A stretch of DNA of 64,000 bases from Candidatus Poribacteria bacterium (GTDB lineage Bacteria; Poribacteria; WGA-4E; JAJDTR01). Below, piece after piece: positions 11,226 to 23,044 of this stretch (position 1 is the stretch's first letter; the number at the start of each line of letters is the position of its first letter). The position numbers and the translations under genes were made by a program. The stretch spans positions 1,152,001 to 1,216,000 of the forward strand of contig CBDCTK010000002.1 of the NCBI GenBank assembly GCA_965222225.1, written 5' to 3'. Below the pieces are notes generated by a model. The model saw only the letters and a list, made by a program, of their open reading frames with translations, searched no databases and was not told where the DNA came from.

Positions 11226-12404
11226 TCAGCAACAAATCTGAGAGTAAACTCCTTCCAACCGTTCTACTAAGACATCCCAACCATATTTTTCCTCGACGAG
11301 ACGTCGGCCTGCAGTACCAACCGCCTGACGATAATCCGGTGATTCAATTAAGTCATTGATGTGTTTTGCGAATGCTTCAGGGGTGTCACCAACTAAAAGG
11401 TCTTTTCCGACCCGCGCGTCCAACCCCATAGCGCCTAGAGAAGATGTGACAACCGGGACTCCCATTGCCATTGCTTCCAAATTTTTAACCTGCAAACCTG
11501 AACCTGCACGCATCGGCGAAACGAACACGGCGGCATCATCAAAGTATGGTCGTGTTTCGGGCACATATCCTGTGACGACAGTATTTTTGTGACTTACCAG
11601 CTTTCGAATTCGGTTCGGAGGGGCACTACCCACAACATAGAAAACAGTTTCCGGATGCGTCTCTTGCACTAGTGGGAAAACTTCCGTGTGAAAATACAGC
11701 ACTGCATCCCAATTTGGGAAATAGTTCATTGTGCCAGTAAATAGGATATGAGGCAGGTACTCGGTTGAGGATGGTTGGAAATGCTCTAAGTCGACCCCCA
11801 TTGGTACCACTGACAATTTTAGCGAGCCGTCCTGCTTTAGCAAATAGTCTCTATCGATCGGAGCCGCAACGGTACCCCAATCAAATGAATTCATTATCTC
11901 AACTTCATAGTGCCGAACTCGCCTTGCTTCCAGTTTCACCAGAGTACGTATTAAGTCTCTATCAAGAACGGCACGACGACTTAAGTTTAGCCCAAGCGAA
12001 TCACAAAGATCTAACATCTTCGGAACGCCTTGAACGTGCCGAACATATTGTCCCATGCGAAACAACTGCGCATGAATCAAATCATAGCTGTGTTGATCCA
12101 ACAGTCGATCAATCGCCCGTTGCATCTGAGGAACATACCAGTAGTAAACTTGCAACGGGCTGTTAGACAAGCAATGCAATAGAGAATTTAATCGAGCTCT
12201 ACCATGGTGAAATCGCACTGATTCGACCCGATCGCAGAAAGACTGCAAATGTTTGACATAGGCTACTTCTTGATCTGATTCGAAAAATGAGACAACAGTG
12301 ACGGAATGATGTCGGGCAAGTTGTTTGATGAAATGGTAAGCGCGAATTCGATCGCCCCGATGAGGCGGGTACGGAAATCTAAGGCTCAAGAATAGAATCT
12401 TCAT
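11226..12404 (-). CDS. GT4 glycosyltransferase (TIGR03087-like)
   Basis: Start re-called at MKILFLSLRFPYPPHRGDRIRAY. FTGTMNYFPN and GLQVKNLEAMAMGVPVV motifs. Confidence 0.85.
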   Translation of the reverse strand: MKILFLSLRFPYPPHRGDRIRAYHFIKQLARHHSVTVVSFFESDQEVAYVKHLQSFCDRVESVRFHHGRARLNSLLHCLSNSPLQVYYWYVPQMQRAIDRLLDQHSYDLIHAQLFRMGQYVRHVQGVPKMLDLCDSLGLNLSRRAVLDRDLIRTLVKLEARRVRHYEVEIMNSFDWGTVAAPIDRDYLLKQDGSLKLSVVPMGVDLEHFQPSSTEYLPHILFTGTMNYFPNWDAVLYFHTEVFPLVQETHPETVFYVVGSAPPNRIRKLVSHKNTVVTGYVPETRPYFDDAAVFVSPMRAGSGLQVKNLEAMAMGVPVVTSSLGAMGLDARVGKDLLVGDTPEAFAKHINDLIESPDYRQAVGTAGRRLVEEKYGWDVLVERLEGVYSQICC

Positions 12405-12471
12405 GCGAGAAAAGTGAAACACAAACCCCAAGCTCGCCCTATAAAGTAGTTCACAACGCACTCTTCGCCAT

Positions 12472-12663
12472 TTACGCGGCGGGCATCTCAGCTTCGTCAA
12501 TTAGCATAACAGGGATACCATCTCGAATGGGATAACGACGCTGGCACTCACCGACACATATTAGCTTTTGATTCTTAGAGTCGTATTCAATATCACCTTT
12601 ACAAGCGGGACAAGCCAGAATCTGAAGTAATTCTTGACTAATTGTTTCTTCCTGTGAAGTCAA
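12472..12663 (-). CDS. Trm112/YcaR-family protein
   Basis: LLQILACPACKG...YPIRDGIPVMLIDEA. GGAGGG RBS. Confidence 0.9.
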   Translation of the reverse strand: MTSQEETISQELLQILACPACKGDIEYDSKNQKLICVGECQRRYPIRDGIPVMLIDEAEMPAA

Positions 12664-12790
12664 TATATCCCTCCGGAAATTTTACATAATACATGGTATA
12701 CTAGGTGAGAAAAACAATCAAGCATAAAATAGCAAGCCTAGACTGATATGTTCCCTGTGTCCTCATCCCACGTCTTCAATGTTGCGTTAC

Positions 12791-15499
12791 CTACTTCCCA
12801 TGACACCGTTTATACTTCTTTCCGCTGCCACAAGGACAAGGCTTATTGCGACCAACCTTGGGAAGACTCCCCATGGCTTCCTGAGTAGCAAATTCAGCAG
12901 ACGAGGGAGATTCTTCTCCACTGGACTGCGACGGTATTGACCGTCGCCTACGGGACACGTCAGCTTGTCGCGAGTTACGCTGAGGTACAGCACGCTTCGG
13001 TGCTTCAACATCAAGATGTACTTTGAAGATGTATTCGCTGGTCTCTTCTTCAATTCGCTGATACATCGCTTCAAAAACATTGAAGGCTTCGTTCTTGAAA
13101 ACTACTATTGGGTCCTTACCCCCATAGCTACGAAGATGAATCCCTTCTTCAATATAATCGATATTGTATAAATGATCTTTCCAATGGCTGTCGATGCGAT
13201 CCAAGAGCAAAAGCCGTTCGAGAGTCCGCATCTGTTCTGCCCCCATCTCTGCTTCGCGTCTTTCGTAAGCTGATTGAAGCGTTTCAATCAATTGTTCGCG
13301 AAGTTGTGGAAGACTCATCTCTGCTACCGGAGTCTCCCACGCTGCGAAATCAATAGGAAAAGTCTGTGCAAGCCATTTCGTGATGCTCTCCAGCTCTTCT
13401 TGCTCCGACCCTTCCGCCGGTAGGTCCACCTCTAACCTGTCATCCAGCACGTTCTCAATCATGCCCCAAATTGTCGTCCTGAGGTTTTCACCCTCAAGGA
13501 TACTATTACGTAGGTCGTAGACGGTTTGGCGCTGCGTGTTCATCACATCATCGAATTTGAGTACGTTCTTGCGGATCTCAAAGTGTCTCTCTTCCACACG
13601 AGATTGGGCTTTCTCAATGGCTTTGGAGACCCAGGGGTGTTCAATCGGAATATCCTCTTCCATGCCTACCCGGTCCATCATGCCTGATAATCGGTCCGAC
13701 CCGAACTTGCGCATGAGATCGTCCTCTAACGACAGATAGAAGCGGGATGAACCGACATCCCCTTGTCGCCCCGATCTGCCACGCAATTGATTGTCAATCC
13801 GTCGAGAATCATGCCGCTCGGTGCCAATAATGTGCAATCCGCTCGCCTTCAACACTTCTTCACGTTTCTTTTCACAAGCCGCCTCCGCCTCCTCGTAAGC
13901 CGCCTTCCATTCATCCGAATCTTCGTCAATGGCGTCTGCTTCAATATTGCGCTTGCGAAGAATCTCTTTGACCATGCCGTCAGGATTTCCGCCCAGCAAA
14001 ATGTCAACTCCTCGTCCTGCCATATTAGTGGCAATTGTAACGGTTCCTGGTGTGCCAGCTTGGGCAATAATCTCTGCTTCGCGAGCGTGCTCCTTGGCAT
14101 TCAACACCTGATGTCGTATGTCTCGCTGCCTAGCCTTAAGCAGTGTACTCAATTTCTCGGACTTCTCAATGGATATTGTTCCCACCAATACCGGACGTCC
14201 TTTTTCATGTTGTTCCACGATATCATTGATGATCGCCCGGCATTTCGCTTCTTCTGTTTTGTATATCTGATCTGAATAATCCTCCCGAATCATCGGTTCG
14301 TTTGTGGGCACTACAACGACATCCAACTTGTAGATATGTCCAAATTCTGCGGACTCCGTTTCGGCGGTTCCCGTCATCCCCGCCAGTTTTTCATACATGC
14401 GAAAAAAGTTCTGATAGGTAATGCTTGCGCCGGTTTGGCTTTCCTGTACAATTCGAACACGCTCCTTGGCTTCGATAGCTTGGTGAAGTCCTCCACTCAG
14501 TCGTCTTCCAGGCTGTTTTCGACCTGTAAACTCATCCACGAGGACAACCTCCCCGTGCTCAACGAGATAGTCCACATCACGCTGGTATAGGTGATGAGCG
14601 ATTAACGATTGATTTACATGATGAACGAGTTCCATGTTCGTGTGATCGTATAAATCCGTTACACCGAGCAGGCACTGCATCTCTTCAACACCCTCCTCCG
14701 TCAGCGCAACGGAACCGCGCTTACTGCTCTTTTCATCAATCTCATGATGCTCATCCGCCTTAAGCCGAACTACTGCACGGTTAATCTTTGTGTAGAGCTC
14801 AACGGGTTCGCCATAGGGCTCTGAAATGATTAATGGCACACGAGCTTCATCAATCAGAATGCTATCGACCTCATCAAGAATCGCATAGTGATGACCTCGT
14901 TGTACTTTTGCGTCAATGTATGATGCTTTATTGTCCCAGAGGTAGTCAAAACCAAACTCACTGTGGACGCCATATGTAATGTCTGCTTTGTACCCAAGCT
15001 TTTTTTGCTCGTGAGGCATCATACTAATGGTCAAGCCGACCGAAAGACCGAGGAAGTTATAGATTTTCCCCATCCATTCCGCGTCGCGCCTCGCAAGATA
15101 ATCATTTACAGTGGCAACATCAACCCCATTGCCTGTTAGTGCATTTAGGTAGACAGGAAGTGTTGAAGTCAGAGTTTTACCTTCGCCGGTTTTCATTTCG
15201 GCGATACAACCCTGATGGAGCGCGGCCCCGCCCATTATCTGGACATCGTAGTGACGTTGGCCCAGCGTTCGCACAGCGGCTTCTCGCACCACCGCAAAAG
15301 CCTCGGGGAGAAGATTGTCAAGTGACTCTCCCACATCAAGTTTCTCCCGAAAATGTGCCGTCTTCGATTGAAGTTCGGAATCAGTTAAGCGTTTCGTTTC
15401 GGCCTCTCTTTGATTCACCGCGTTGATTATCGGTTGAAATTGCTTGAAATCTCGACCTTGTTTGCTTCCAAGAAATTTGGTTAAAATCTTCTGAAACAT
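12791..15499 (-). CDS. secA: Preprotein translocase subunit SecA
   Basis: [46 protein letters not shown] and C-terminal SEC-C motif [20 protein letters not shown]. Confidence 0.98.
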   Translation of the reverse strand: MFQKILTKFLGSKQGRDFKQFQPIINAVNQREAETKRLTDSELQSKTAHFREKLDVGESLDNLLPEAFAVVREAAVRTLGQRHYDVQIMGGAALHQGCIAEMKTGEGKTLTSTLPVYLNALTGNGVDVATVNDYLARRDAEWMGKIYNFLGLSVGLTISMMPHEQKKLGYKADITYGVHSEFGFDYLWDNKASYIDAKVQRGHHYAILDEVDSILIDEARVPLIISEPYGEPVELYTKINRAVVRLKADEHHEIDEKSSKRGSVALTEEGVEEMQCLLGVTDLYDHTNMELVHHVNQSLIAHHLYQRDVDYLVEHGEVVLVDEFTGRKQPGRRLSGGLHQAIEAKERVRIVQESQTGASITYQNFFRMYEKLAGMTGTAETESAEFGHIYKLDVVVVPTNEPMIREDYSDQIYKTEEAKCRAIINDIVEQHEKGRPVLVGTISIEKSEKLSTLLKARQRDIRHQVLNAKEHAREAEIIAQAGTPGTVTIATNMAGRGVDILLGGNPDGMVKEILRKRNIEADAIDEDSDEWKAAYEEAEAACEKKREEVLKASGLHIIGTERHDSRRIDNQLRGRSGRQGDVGSSRFYLSLEDDLMRKFGSDRLSGMMDRVGMEEDIPIEHPWVSKAIEKAQSRVEERHFEIRKNVLKFDDVMNTQRQTVYDLRNSILEGENLRTTIWGMIENVLDDRLEVDLPAEGSEQEELESITKWLAQTFPIDFAAWETPVAEMSLPQLREQLIETLQSAYERREAEMGAEQMRTLERLLLLDRIDSHWKDHLYNIDYIEEGIHLRSYGGKDPIVVFKNEAFNVFEAMYQRIEEETSEYIFKVHLDVEAPKRAVPQRNSRQADVSRRRRSIPSQSSGEESPSSAEFATQEAMGSLPKVGRNKPCPCGSGKKYKRCHGK

Positions 15500-15958
15500 A
15501 AAACATCATCCCCTTCTTATCTCATAGCGCACCACGCAATGTCTGAGGGATAATAAAGACCTAACATATAGTTCCACATTTACCGTACCAGAACAATGGA
15601 GCAAGTCCTCAATATCTTGATTTTCATCTCTTGGGCAGCACTCCTCGGATTCAGTCGAACTATATATTCACTGTCAGTCTGAGCGATAGCACATCGTTTC
15701 TCACCGTTTTACTTGCTCAACTGTGCTTCGACTCGCGGATTTAATTTTTTCTCCGCGTCATGGTATATATACGGCTAAGGTTGCTCCCGTCACTTCCGCG
15801 TCACAGTTTCGCTGAAAGGAAGACCGTCGACCTTGTTAGAAATCCGCCTCACTCAACCATTTAGCCTTCAAGGGTAATTTCGAGAGTACAAAATTCCACC
15901 TTTTTCCACTGTTCGGAGACGAAACCTGCTAAGTTGCACAATCTTCAATGATTTCCGT

Positions 15959-17179
15959 CTACGCGCCAGACTGAGTTTCAGATGACCCCTCAGTCGCTTC
16001 CTTTTCTTGCGACACTTCATCGTCCGGGAAAGAGTCTTCTTCCTCTTCAGCTTCTAGCAAATTTTCACCGTCAGACCGTCTCCGCAATACCGCATAGATG
16101 ATTGTATTTCCTACCGAAGAAATTGAGAAGAGATATGCCAAAATTAGTCCTACTACAAATAATAGGGACAAGGTTATGAAGATTGATGTGAGAGTCACAA
16201 AAAAATTATCAAACATCGACAACTGAGCCCCGGAGACATTCGAAGGCGCGATTGTATCGAATACACCTAAATTCCGAAGAAGTGGTAGTGCGGATATTTC
16301 ATTCATCAACTTACCAAGCCACTTGTTCGCATTTCCCATAATAAGAATCATGTCCTCAGGTAAGAGATAACGAATCGGCAACATCACCAAGCTGAGACCG
16401 AACAAGCAAGAAATCATCCAAACCGGTACGCAGATTAATTTAAGACCAAATAAGAGGAATTCATAAACCATGATTCGCCACGGCTGGTTCCAAACGATAG
16501 AAAAATGCTGATAGATAGTTTCAAAGGTATCCGTGTCAGCGGCAGCAACGATGGCGGGAACGAAGAACAGGCTTACACTCAGAATCACAAGCAGATAAAC
16601 CATCAGCAATCCAAGGAAAAATGCAAACGGCATTAGCAGAGATGAGAACGTTACGACAACTCTTCCAGCCCACGGAATCTTGCCGAGTAAACCTACGACA
16701 ATCGGCACTAGCATGCAAAGAACGAAAATAACAATTAGTCCTACGAACGCTCCGAAGACAGCTTTCCAATGGTGCTTCAAGAACGACGCGGCTTCCTTCA
16801 TCGAAAAGAAAGTGTCGCCCCGCAACTGCTGTATCGTGATTTTTGACACCATCGTGCTCGTTGAAAAGAAGATGACGAAGAAAACCAACAAACCCAACCA
16901 CATAGCTCCAACTGTAACGGGATTTAACGCATAATCCACAATGGGGCAAACCGGAACTAGCGCGTATTCATTCCAGAAATCCTCTAGCGCATTTCCTCCA
17001 ACAATCAAGAGGCTGACATACACAATCACCTCGTAAATCAGATACGCAAGTACAAGACCGATGAAATGAACCGTGAGTTTTTTGCCACTAAATCCGTAGC
17101 GTCCAGCTCGAAAAACGTCCCTAAAGTCAAAGTGAAATTCGCTCATTGGTAGTCCCTTCTCTTGCCGTTGGAAACTCAT
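15959..17179 (-). CDS. Hypothetical polytopic membrane protein
   Basis: 406-aa ORF with several hydrophobic segments and an acidic tail. The true start may be the downstream Met (MSEFHFDF). Confidence 0.75.
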   Translation of the reverse strand: MSFQRQEKGLPMSEFHFDFRDVFRAGRYGFSGKKLTVHFIGLVLAYLIYEVIVYVSLLIVGGNALEDFWNEYALVPVCPIVDYALNPVTVGAMWLGLLVFFVIFFSTSTMVSKITIQQLRGDTFFSMKEAASFLKHHWKAVFGAFVGLIVIFVLCMLVPIVVGLLGKIPWAGRVVVTFSSLLMPFAFFLGLLMVYLLVILSVSLFFVPAIVAAADTDTFETIYQHFSIVWNQPWRIMVYEFLLFGLKLICVPVWMISCLFGLSLVMLPIRYLLPEDMILIMGNANKWLGKLMNEISALPLLRNLGVFDTIAPSNVSGAQLSMFDNFFVTLTSIFITLSLLFVVGLILAYLFSISSVGNTIIYAVLRRRSDGENLLEAEEEEDSFPDDEVSQEKEATEGSSETQSGA

Positions 17180-17484
17180 CTCTCAGCCAGATTTGTTACA
17201 AGAATTGACCGAAATTCTTGCCGAACAAAGATTTAAGAACTTATCAGTACGTATAATACAACAAATTGCGGTTTTCTGTCAACAGCATCCTTATCTGTTA
17301 TGACTTCTCATTAAGGCTGTGGCGTGGGTTTAGACCCACTAATTTTCCGAAATCGCTAGCTTAACAAAAAGCCATGAGGTTTGAGGGAGTTACAGTCAAA
17401 AGCAAGTGTTTCGATATGAGTACGCAGGTTAGCCTCCACTGTAGAATATCTGCGTGCTGTCACCAGACCCGCTAATACGCCAAT

Positions 17485-18663
17485 TTAACGTGTCGTTGAT
17501 ATTCCCTCGTCTTGTGTATATCGATTATATTTCTCCATCAATGCACGCAAACGATCGAGGGGAATTGCATGAACGACATTTCCATTCCTTCCAACAGTAG
17601 TAACTGCCATCGTCATGGCGTTAATAACGGCTTCCTCCGTAGCTTCAATGACGCCTTGATAGAAGACATCCATTCGATTGTTACAAAGCATTTTGACTGA
17701 CAGTAGACTAGCCTCGGACGATGAGGACACCGTGTTGCCGGTCGAAAAAGCTACTACGAATTCGCCGCTGCTAACTGTACTTGGTGTACCTGTCCGCGCG
17801 AGTCCGTGAGTTGCTCGCTGGGCAAGACTCAATAGCTGTCGATGTGCAAGAGGCGCGTCTGTGGCAACAACGATGATGAATGAACCATCTCGATGGCGCT
17901 TTGGTGTCAAATCGGTGATTTCTTCTCCAACAGGAACGCCGTCAATTCGGAGTTGATGACGACGACCGCCGTTAGCATTGACTAACACCCCTACGGTATA
18001 CGTCTGATCTGCCACTTTCAGCACGCGCGATGCGGTGCCAATTCCCGCCTTGAATCCGTAAGAACGCATTCCCGTGCCAGCGCCGACACATCCTTGCGAC
18101 ACAGGACCTGTGGCAGCATTTTCGATTGCCTCAATAGCATGTTCAGCCATAACATGAAGCCCGCTAATATCATTGAGTCCGCCATCGTAGCATTCAGCGA
18201 CTATGGGCAGAATAATGTGAGATTGTGGATATCGCTTGATCGTATATCGCACTACCCCGTCGTGGACTGCCCCGATACTGAGTGTATTGGTGAGCATGAT
18301 GGGCGACTCAATCAAGCCGGACTCGTTGACCCAAGCAAGTCCGGTTACTTCGCCGTTTCCATTGATAACATGAGCAGCACCAAATACTCGATTTAACCAA
18401 ATGTCATCACGTGGAATTATTGCGGTAACGCCAGTGCGGACACTGTCTCCAACATTCAAAGTAACATGACCGACCTTTACCCCGGCGACATCGGTAATCG
18501 CATTGTGTTTTCCCGGTTCGTATATTCCAATCCGAATTCCAAGATCGCACGCCGATGCTCTTGACTCGGACGGCAACCTACTTTGGCACACGGGCGTAAA
18601 GACAAGATGAAGGATTAGAGGATACATCATTGAGATGAGCAGATTCCGAATTCGCGTTTTCAT
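17485..18663 (-). CDS. P1/S58 family aminopeptidase (DmpA-like) with signal peptide
   Basis: NAITDVAGVKVGH, RTGVTAI, NGNGE, LTNTLSIG, VGAGTGM, FKAGIGTASR. Confidence 0.9.
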   Translation of the reverse strand: MKTRIRNLLISMMYPLILHLVFTPVCQSRLPSESRASACDLGIRIGIYEPGKHNAITDVAGVKVGHVTLNVGDSVRTGVTAIIPRDDIWLNRVFGAAHVINGNGEVTGLAWVNESGLIESPIMLTNTLSIGAVHDGVVRYTIKRYPQSHIILPIVAECYDGGLNDISGLHVMAEHAIEAIENAATGPVSQGCVGAGTGMRSYGFKAGIGTASRVLKVADQTYTVGVLVNANGGRRHQLRIDGVPVGEEITDLTPKRHRDGSFIIVVATDAPLAHRQLLSLAQRATHGLARTGTPSTVSSGEFVVAFSTGNTVSSSSEASLLSVKMLCNNRMDVFYQGVIEATEEAVINAMTMAVTTVGRNGNVVHAIPLDRLRALMEKYNRYTQDEGISTTR

Positions 18664-18678
18664 AGAATGTCCCTGTAT

Positions 18679-19239
18679 CTAAACCGGGTGTGCGCTCAAT
18701 CCTTTTTCTTGCAGCTGTCCTAAATAGATTTGGCGAATTTGATTGAAAATCTCAATATACGCAGGTGTGCGGTAATCCGGGTAAGTCCACTCCCAAGGCT
18801 GGAAGGTTTTGTCACGGAATTTTAACGTATTTTCGGCGTAGATGCCGTTCTGAAGATGGATACGATGGGCATGATCCTTCGTGGATGCGAGAACTAGCTT
18901 GGCAGCAGAGATATAGCCGGGATCGAGATTCACTCGGCGACGTGTCGTCTCGTTTTCTGCAAAATAGCGTTCAACCGCGTTCGAAAAGTACTTCGCTGCT
19001 GCAAGTTCATCTGGTAGGGTGAGTCGATCGAAACTAATGAACTGACGTTGCAACTCCCGGCCCATCTCCTTTTTATAGTAGGCTGTGTAGTCAAAAGGCA
19101 TAAGCCGCCCTTTAAAGTCGATTTCGCCAAATCGCTCTTCCAATTTGAGGTACACTGCCTCCAGAAGATTCGTGTTAGCGGTGATGACACCAACTATTAG
19201 CTTGACGAACGAAGGCGGTTTAATCTGTCCCACAGTCAA
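18679..19239 (-). CDS. DUF4416 family protein
   Basis: FDYTAYYKKEMG, RRVNLDPGYI, VLASTK, WTYPDYR. Confidence 0.8.
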   Translation of the reverse strand: MTVGQIKPPSFVKLIVGVITANTNLLEAVYLKLEERFGEIDFKGRLMPFDYTAYYKKEMGRELQRQFISFDRLTLPDELAAAKYFSNAVERYFAENETTRRRVNLDPGYISAAKLVLASTKDHAHRIHLQNGIYAENTLKFRDKTFQPWEWTYPDYRTPAYIEIFNQIRQIYLGQLQEKGLSAHPV

Positions 19240-19384
19240 GTGTTCAAAATTTTGAAGCCAAAAAATGTTGATAAAACTCTAGTAAAGCGTTAACAACGAC
19301 CACGGTACCATTAGGAAGGTGATATGCATATTGAATGGACACGCGGTCTTCCACTAAACATGCTAGTCTAGTTTTCCAATCCTG

Positions 19385-22300
19385 TTAGCCTGTTAGATTG
19401 TCATAGACGCACTTCCACTCTCCTTTATCAACGTGATAAATCGCCACAGCGATATCCAAGTGGTCACAAAACCGCACTTCTACCCCAGCTGCCGATTTGC
19501 CCCACGTTGTCTGATGGATGAACCTTGCTACCGAAAACTCGTCGGCAGGACAAACAATGTACCACGGCGTCGATTTCTTGTCCCAGCGATATCCCTCCGC
19601 GATGAGCAAATCTTTGATTTCAACGGTTGGCTTTGAACCACGTCCGTCTTGATTGCACACCCGTATGGTAATATGCTTAGACGTGTCCTCTACTGGCGGA
19701 AAATCTGACCATTCCAACCTAGAGAGTTTTATGTGTTCTTCTAAATCCTCAAGAAATGGTGAAAAGTTGCCGCTCTTGGTCAGAATATACAACTCTTCCA
19801 CGGCGCGAGTCAATGCCACATAAAGGAGACGCCTTTCCTCGTCGGTGACGCCCTCGATGCTGTCGCCAAAAACGCGAGTGAAAATCAAATTTGGGTGTAG
19901 TAACGGATAACACCAATCTATAGCATCAAGCACGATTACAGCATTTTTCTGGCGCCCTTTGCACTTGTGAACCGTCGATATGGTGACTTTTTTCGCGTGT
20001 TCATCTGGAAGCCTAGAGCGTAACGTCGCAAGAAGGCGGTCAATCCCACTCCCGTTTGATGATTTTCCCTTAGTGTCATACTTTACGCTCCAAGGCACAC
20101 TATTCATTCGGCTGAGCAAGACGACATCCTTGCCGTCGCTGATGATTTTACTCACGAGGCGCAATACGGCATTCGTAGAGTAGTCTCCGAGGTTTGTGTT
20201 TTTTTCTTGCGGAGTCGGCGAGAAAGCACTCAAATCAGCAATTACTGCCTTGCCCGCAATCGTCTTGTGAGCCCGTCCAGGCGTACCCCGTTTCTTCATC
20301 AATGCATTCCCGACGTCAACAATCGTGCGGGAGGAACGGTAATTTGTAAGCATATCAAGTCTCCGCGAGTCAGCAAAGATTTCTGAAAAGTTATCGAAAA
20401 AGTGAAGATCGGAACCTGCAAACCCATTAATTGCCTGCTAGTCATCCCCGACACAGAAGAAGCGAGCACCGGGATTTTCCCCCCGGATTGCCTGCATCAG
20501 ACGATAAAAGAGATTCGAAAAATCCTGATATTCATCAATGAGTATGTATCGAAGGCGCTTCAAATCGCCGGATCCAGTTTTACGCCGAAATATGGTTTCG
20601 CCCTTGGCAACCATCTCGGCGGCTTTCTGCACTAGCCCATCAAAATCCTCCTCATCAGTGGTTTCAAGGTATTCTAAATAAGATGCGTAGAACTCCAGTG
20701 CAAGGCTCAAGAAGCTCTCCTCAACATCGCCGTCGCAATGGTGATTGTTTACCATTTCCGAAAGTTGCTCCGGAGTCAGGCTAAGTTTTCGACCGCGTTG
20801 TATAAACCCTTTTGTAACTTCAGTGAAGTCATCTATGGTGCGGTCTTCAATCTGGTTCCATATTTCATCCTCGCTGAGTCGCTCGCAGGAGATTCCGAGG
20901 CGTTCAAGGTGCTGTTTTAATAAAGCATAAAGATCGTCCTCTCCACTTGTTAAATCTGGCAGAGAATAGTCAAGTAGTTCCCAGTTAGGTTCGTTTCGCC
21001 AATAGTTGCGTTTTTCATCCGACATCTCGTCGTAATCGGAAAAACCTTTGAGTCCGAAATACTCAATGATTACCCCTTGGTTGTCACCAGTGGAAATCGT
21101 AAAATCAGGACGGTACGGCCGTCTGTCCCACCAGAAAGTCCGTTCGTATTTGTATTCGATACCGTGTTCAAACAGGAAATTGGCGATAGCTTTCTCGCCA
21201 TCCGATTTCACGTATTGCCCATCAAGGCTTTCCCCTCTCAATGAGCGGCGATAACGCAGCATCTCTTTTGGAGGTCTATCGTACCCGCCGGAAACAATGC
21301 GTTCCCAATCCGGACGAAAGTGCGCCATCATTAAGCCACGAATCCTGTTGTAATCGTTAGGATTGCGAAGATGCTGGCCAATCACGTGCTGTATAGCACG
21401 GCTCTGACTCTGTTCGCCTTCAGGCTCATCAAATAAAATCTTTTCAGGATGAATCATTGCGTAAGCCAGCGCGTGAAACGTCATTACATTAGGCGTAGAT
21501 TCTTGTACGAATGAAGCGATACGTCCTCGCATCTCATCCGCCGCCTTACGATTGAAAGCCAAAAGTAACATCTCGTCAGGCGACACGCCACAGTGGAGTT
21601 GCAGGAACAGCGCCCGATTGACCAGGGTCCCCGTCTTGCCGCTGCCAGCCCGGGCAACCAGCTGAATATTACCTTCGACAGCGCCAATGGCTTCAGCTTG
21701 ATGTCGGTCTGGCTGCTGGTCCAGTTGATTCTCCGCCCAAGATTGCACGAAATTGATTTTTTCAGCCTCGTACTCATCGGGCGATATGCCATAGCTACAC
21801 TGATCTTGATAGAAACTATCCACATGGAGAAAGTCATGCCTGAAATGTTGTCTCAATTTCTTAAGTAAAGTCTGTTTTTCTCTTGCACGGAGTTCCTCCG
21901 CTGCGCGCTGTGTTCCCTTGCTAGCAAGTTCATGCGCTCTTTCAAGCCGCCCAGACACACGAGCCTTTTCGGCATAATCTAGCAATAATTCCGGCGGCAG
22001 TTCAGATAACAGAACATTCAATGCACTATCATTGTCTAGCCGAACTAATATATCGTCAAGATAACCATCATCGTAGGAAATCTCATTAGCGTCCGCCGCT
22101 TCTTTTGCGAACTCACCACACCTCTCATGCCATTGGCGCGCGGACATCTCCTTAATCCAGTTGAACTCCACGGTATGTCGGTCGCACAACTCAAGCAATT
22201 TTGACCAAAGATCCGCATTCGCAATCCTTGGTTTGTTGTTCCCGACGGCTACGATGTCATAACCCCACCCGTTCGCCTCCCAATCTCGGGGCCACTTATC

Positions 22301-22546
22301 TGTCATTGCATCCACTAAATACTTGGAATCAGTGAAGAGTTGTACCGCGCAGAAAGATTTTAGCGCCTCCAAGCCGGCGATAGTGCCCATAACTGTCATC
22401 CGCATGTCTGTTGTAAATCGAAATCCTTGACCGAATACTTTGTGAGAGTCATTATAACACATCACAACACCATAGCCGCCCCGTCCGGGATATTTAGGTG
22501 ATGTACCGGTTCCATTAGCGTATATTGAAACTTCCTTTTTGCTCAT
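19385..22546 (-). pseudogene. Fusion of degenerate RNase HI with a UvrD/helicase-IV-like SF1 helicase; single in-frame TAG at 20438-20440
   Basis: The two ORFs share one frame (3162 bp). The junction reads FCVGDD*QAINGFAGSD (motif III, normally GDDWQ). Also ARAGSGKT (I), ILIDEYQD (II), TNYRS (IV), STVHKCKG (V), EERRLLYVALTRA (VI). Confidence 0.85.
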
Positions 22547-22889
22547 TCCGTCCGCCTGCTAAATACTTAACGTGATGACACCGGAAAGCCTGAGAAATCA
22601 TAACACAATAACTCATTAAACTATGCACCTTCGTATTGAGGACTCAAAGCTATGCATTCTGATAATTCGTCAACGACAAACACAATCCCCAAGCTAAGAA
22701 CCGCGCAATTTACGTCTGAAATGTGAAACTTCTGTCGTAAGGCGTACAGTATAGCACCACTTAATTTCCGAGTCAATGTGGATTAGCGATTCGATGGAAT
22801 TGTGGCTTAGTTTCAAGATCATTACGCTAGTTGATAGTCGGATAAATACCTAAGAAGGTCAACTTTTTGGGAATTGTTAAAAAATTTAC

Positions 22890-22919
22890 TTGACACACGC
22901 GCCAGATGTTCTATATAAT
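22890..22919 (+). promoter_or_regulatory. Sigma70 promoter for rpoBC
   Basis: Perfect TTGACA (22890-95)-N18-TATAAT (22914-19) with an A-rich tract upstream, 125 bp before the rpoB ATG. Confidence 0.8.
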
Positions 22920-23044
22920 ATCCTGTTGTGCCTACTTTAGGGTTAATCTATGATCGCCATCAATGTTGCCCCTCAACTCCCCTCCGCCGCACAGTAACTT
23001 TAAAAGTGCAACGTGTGCCCCAAATAAGGTAAACGGTGTAAAGT

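Noticed and set aside
15596-15682. 28-aa hydrophobic ORF near the secA leader, as a possible arrest peptide or small membrane protein
   Set aside because: It is on the opposite strand to secA and has no RBS. No credible SecM-like ORF was found on the secA strand.
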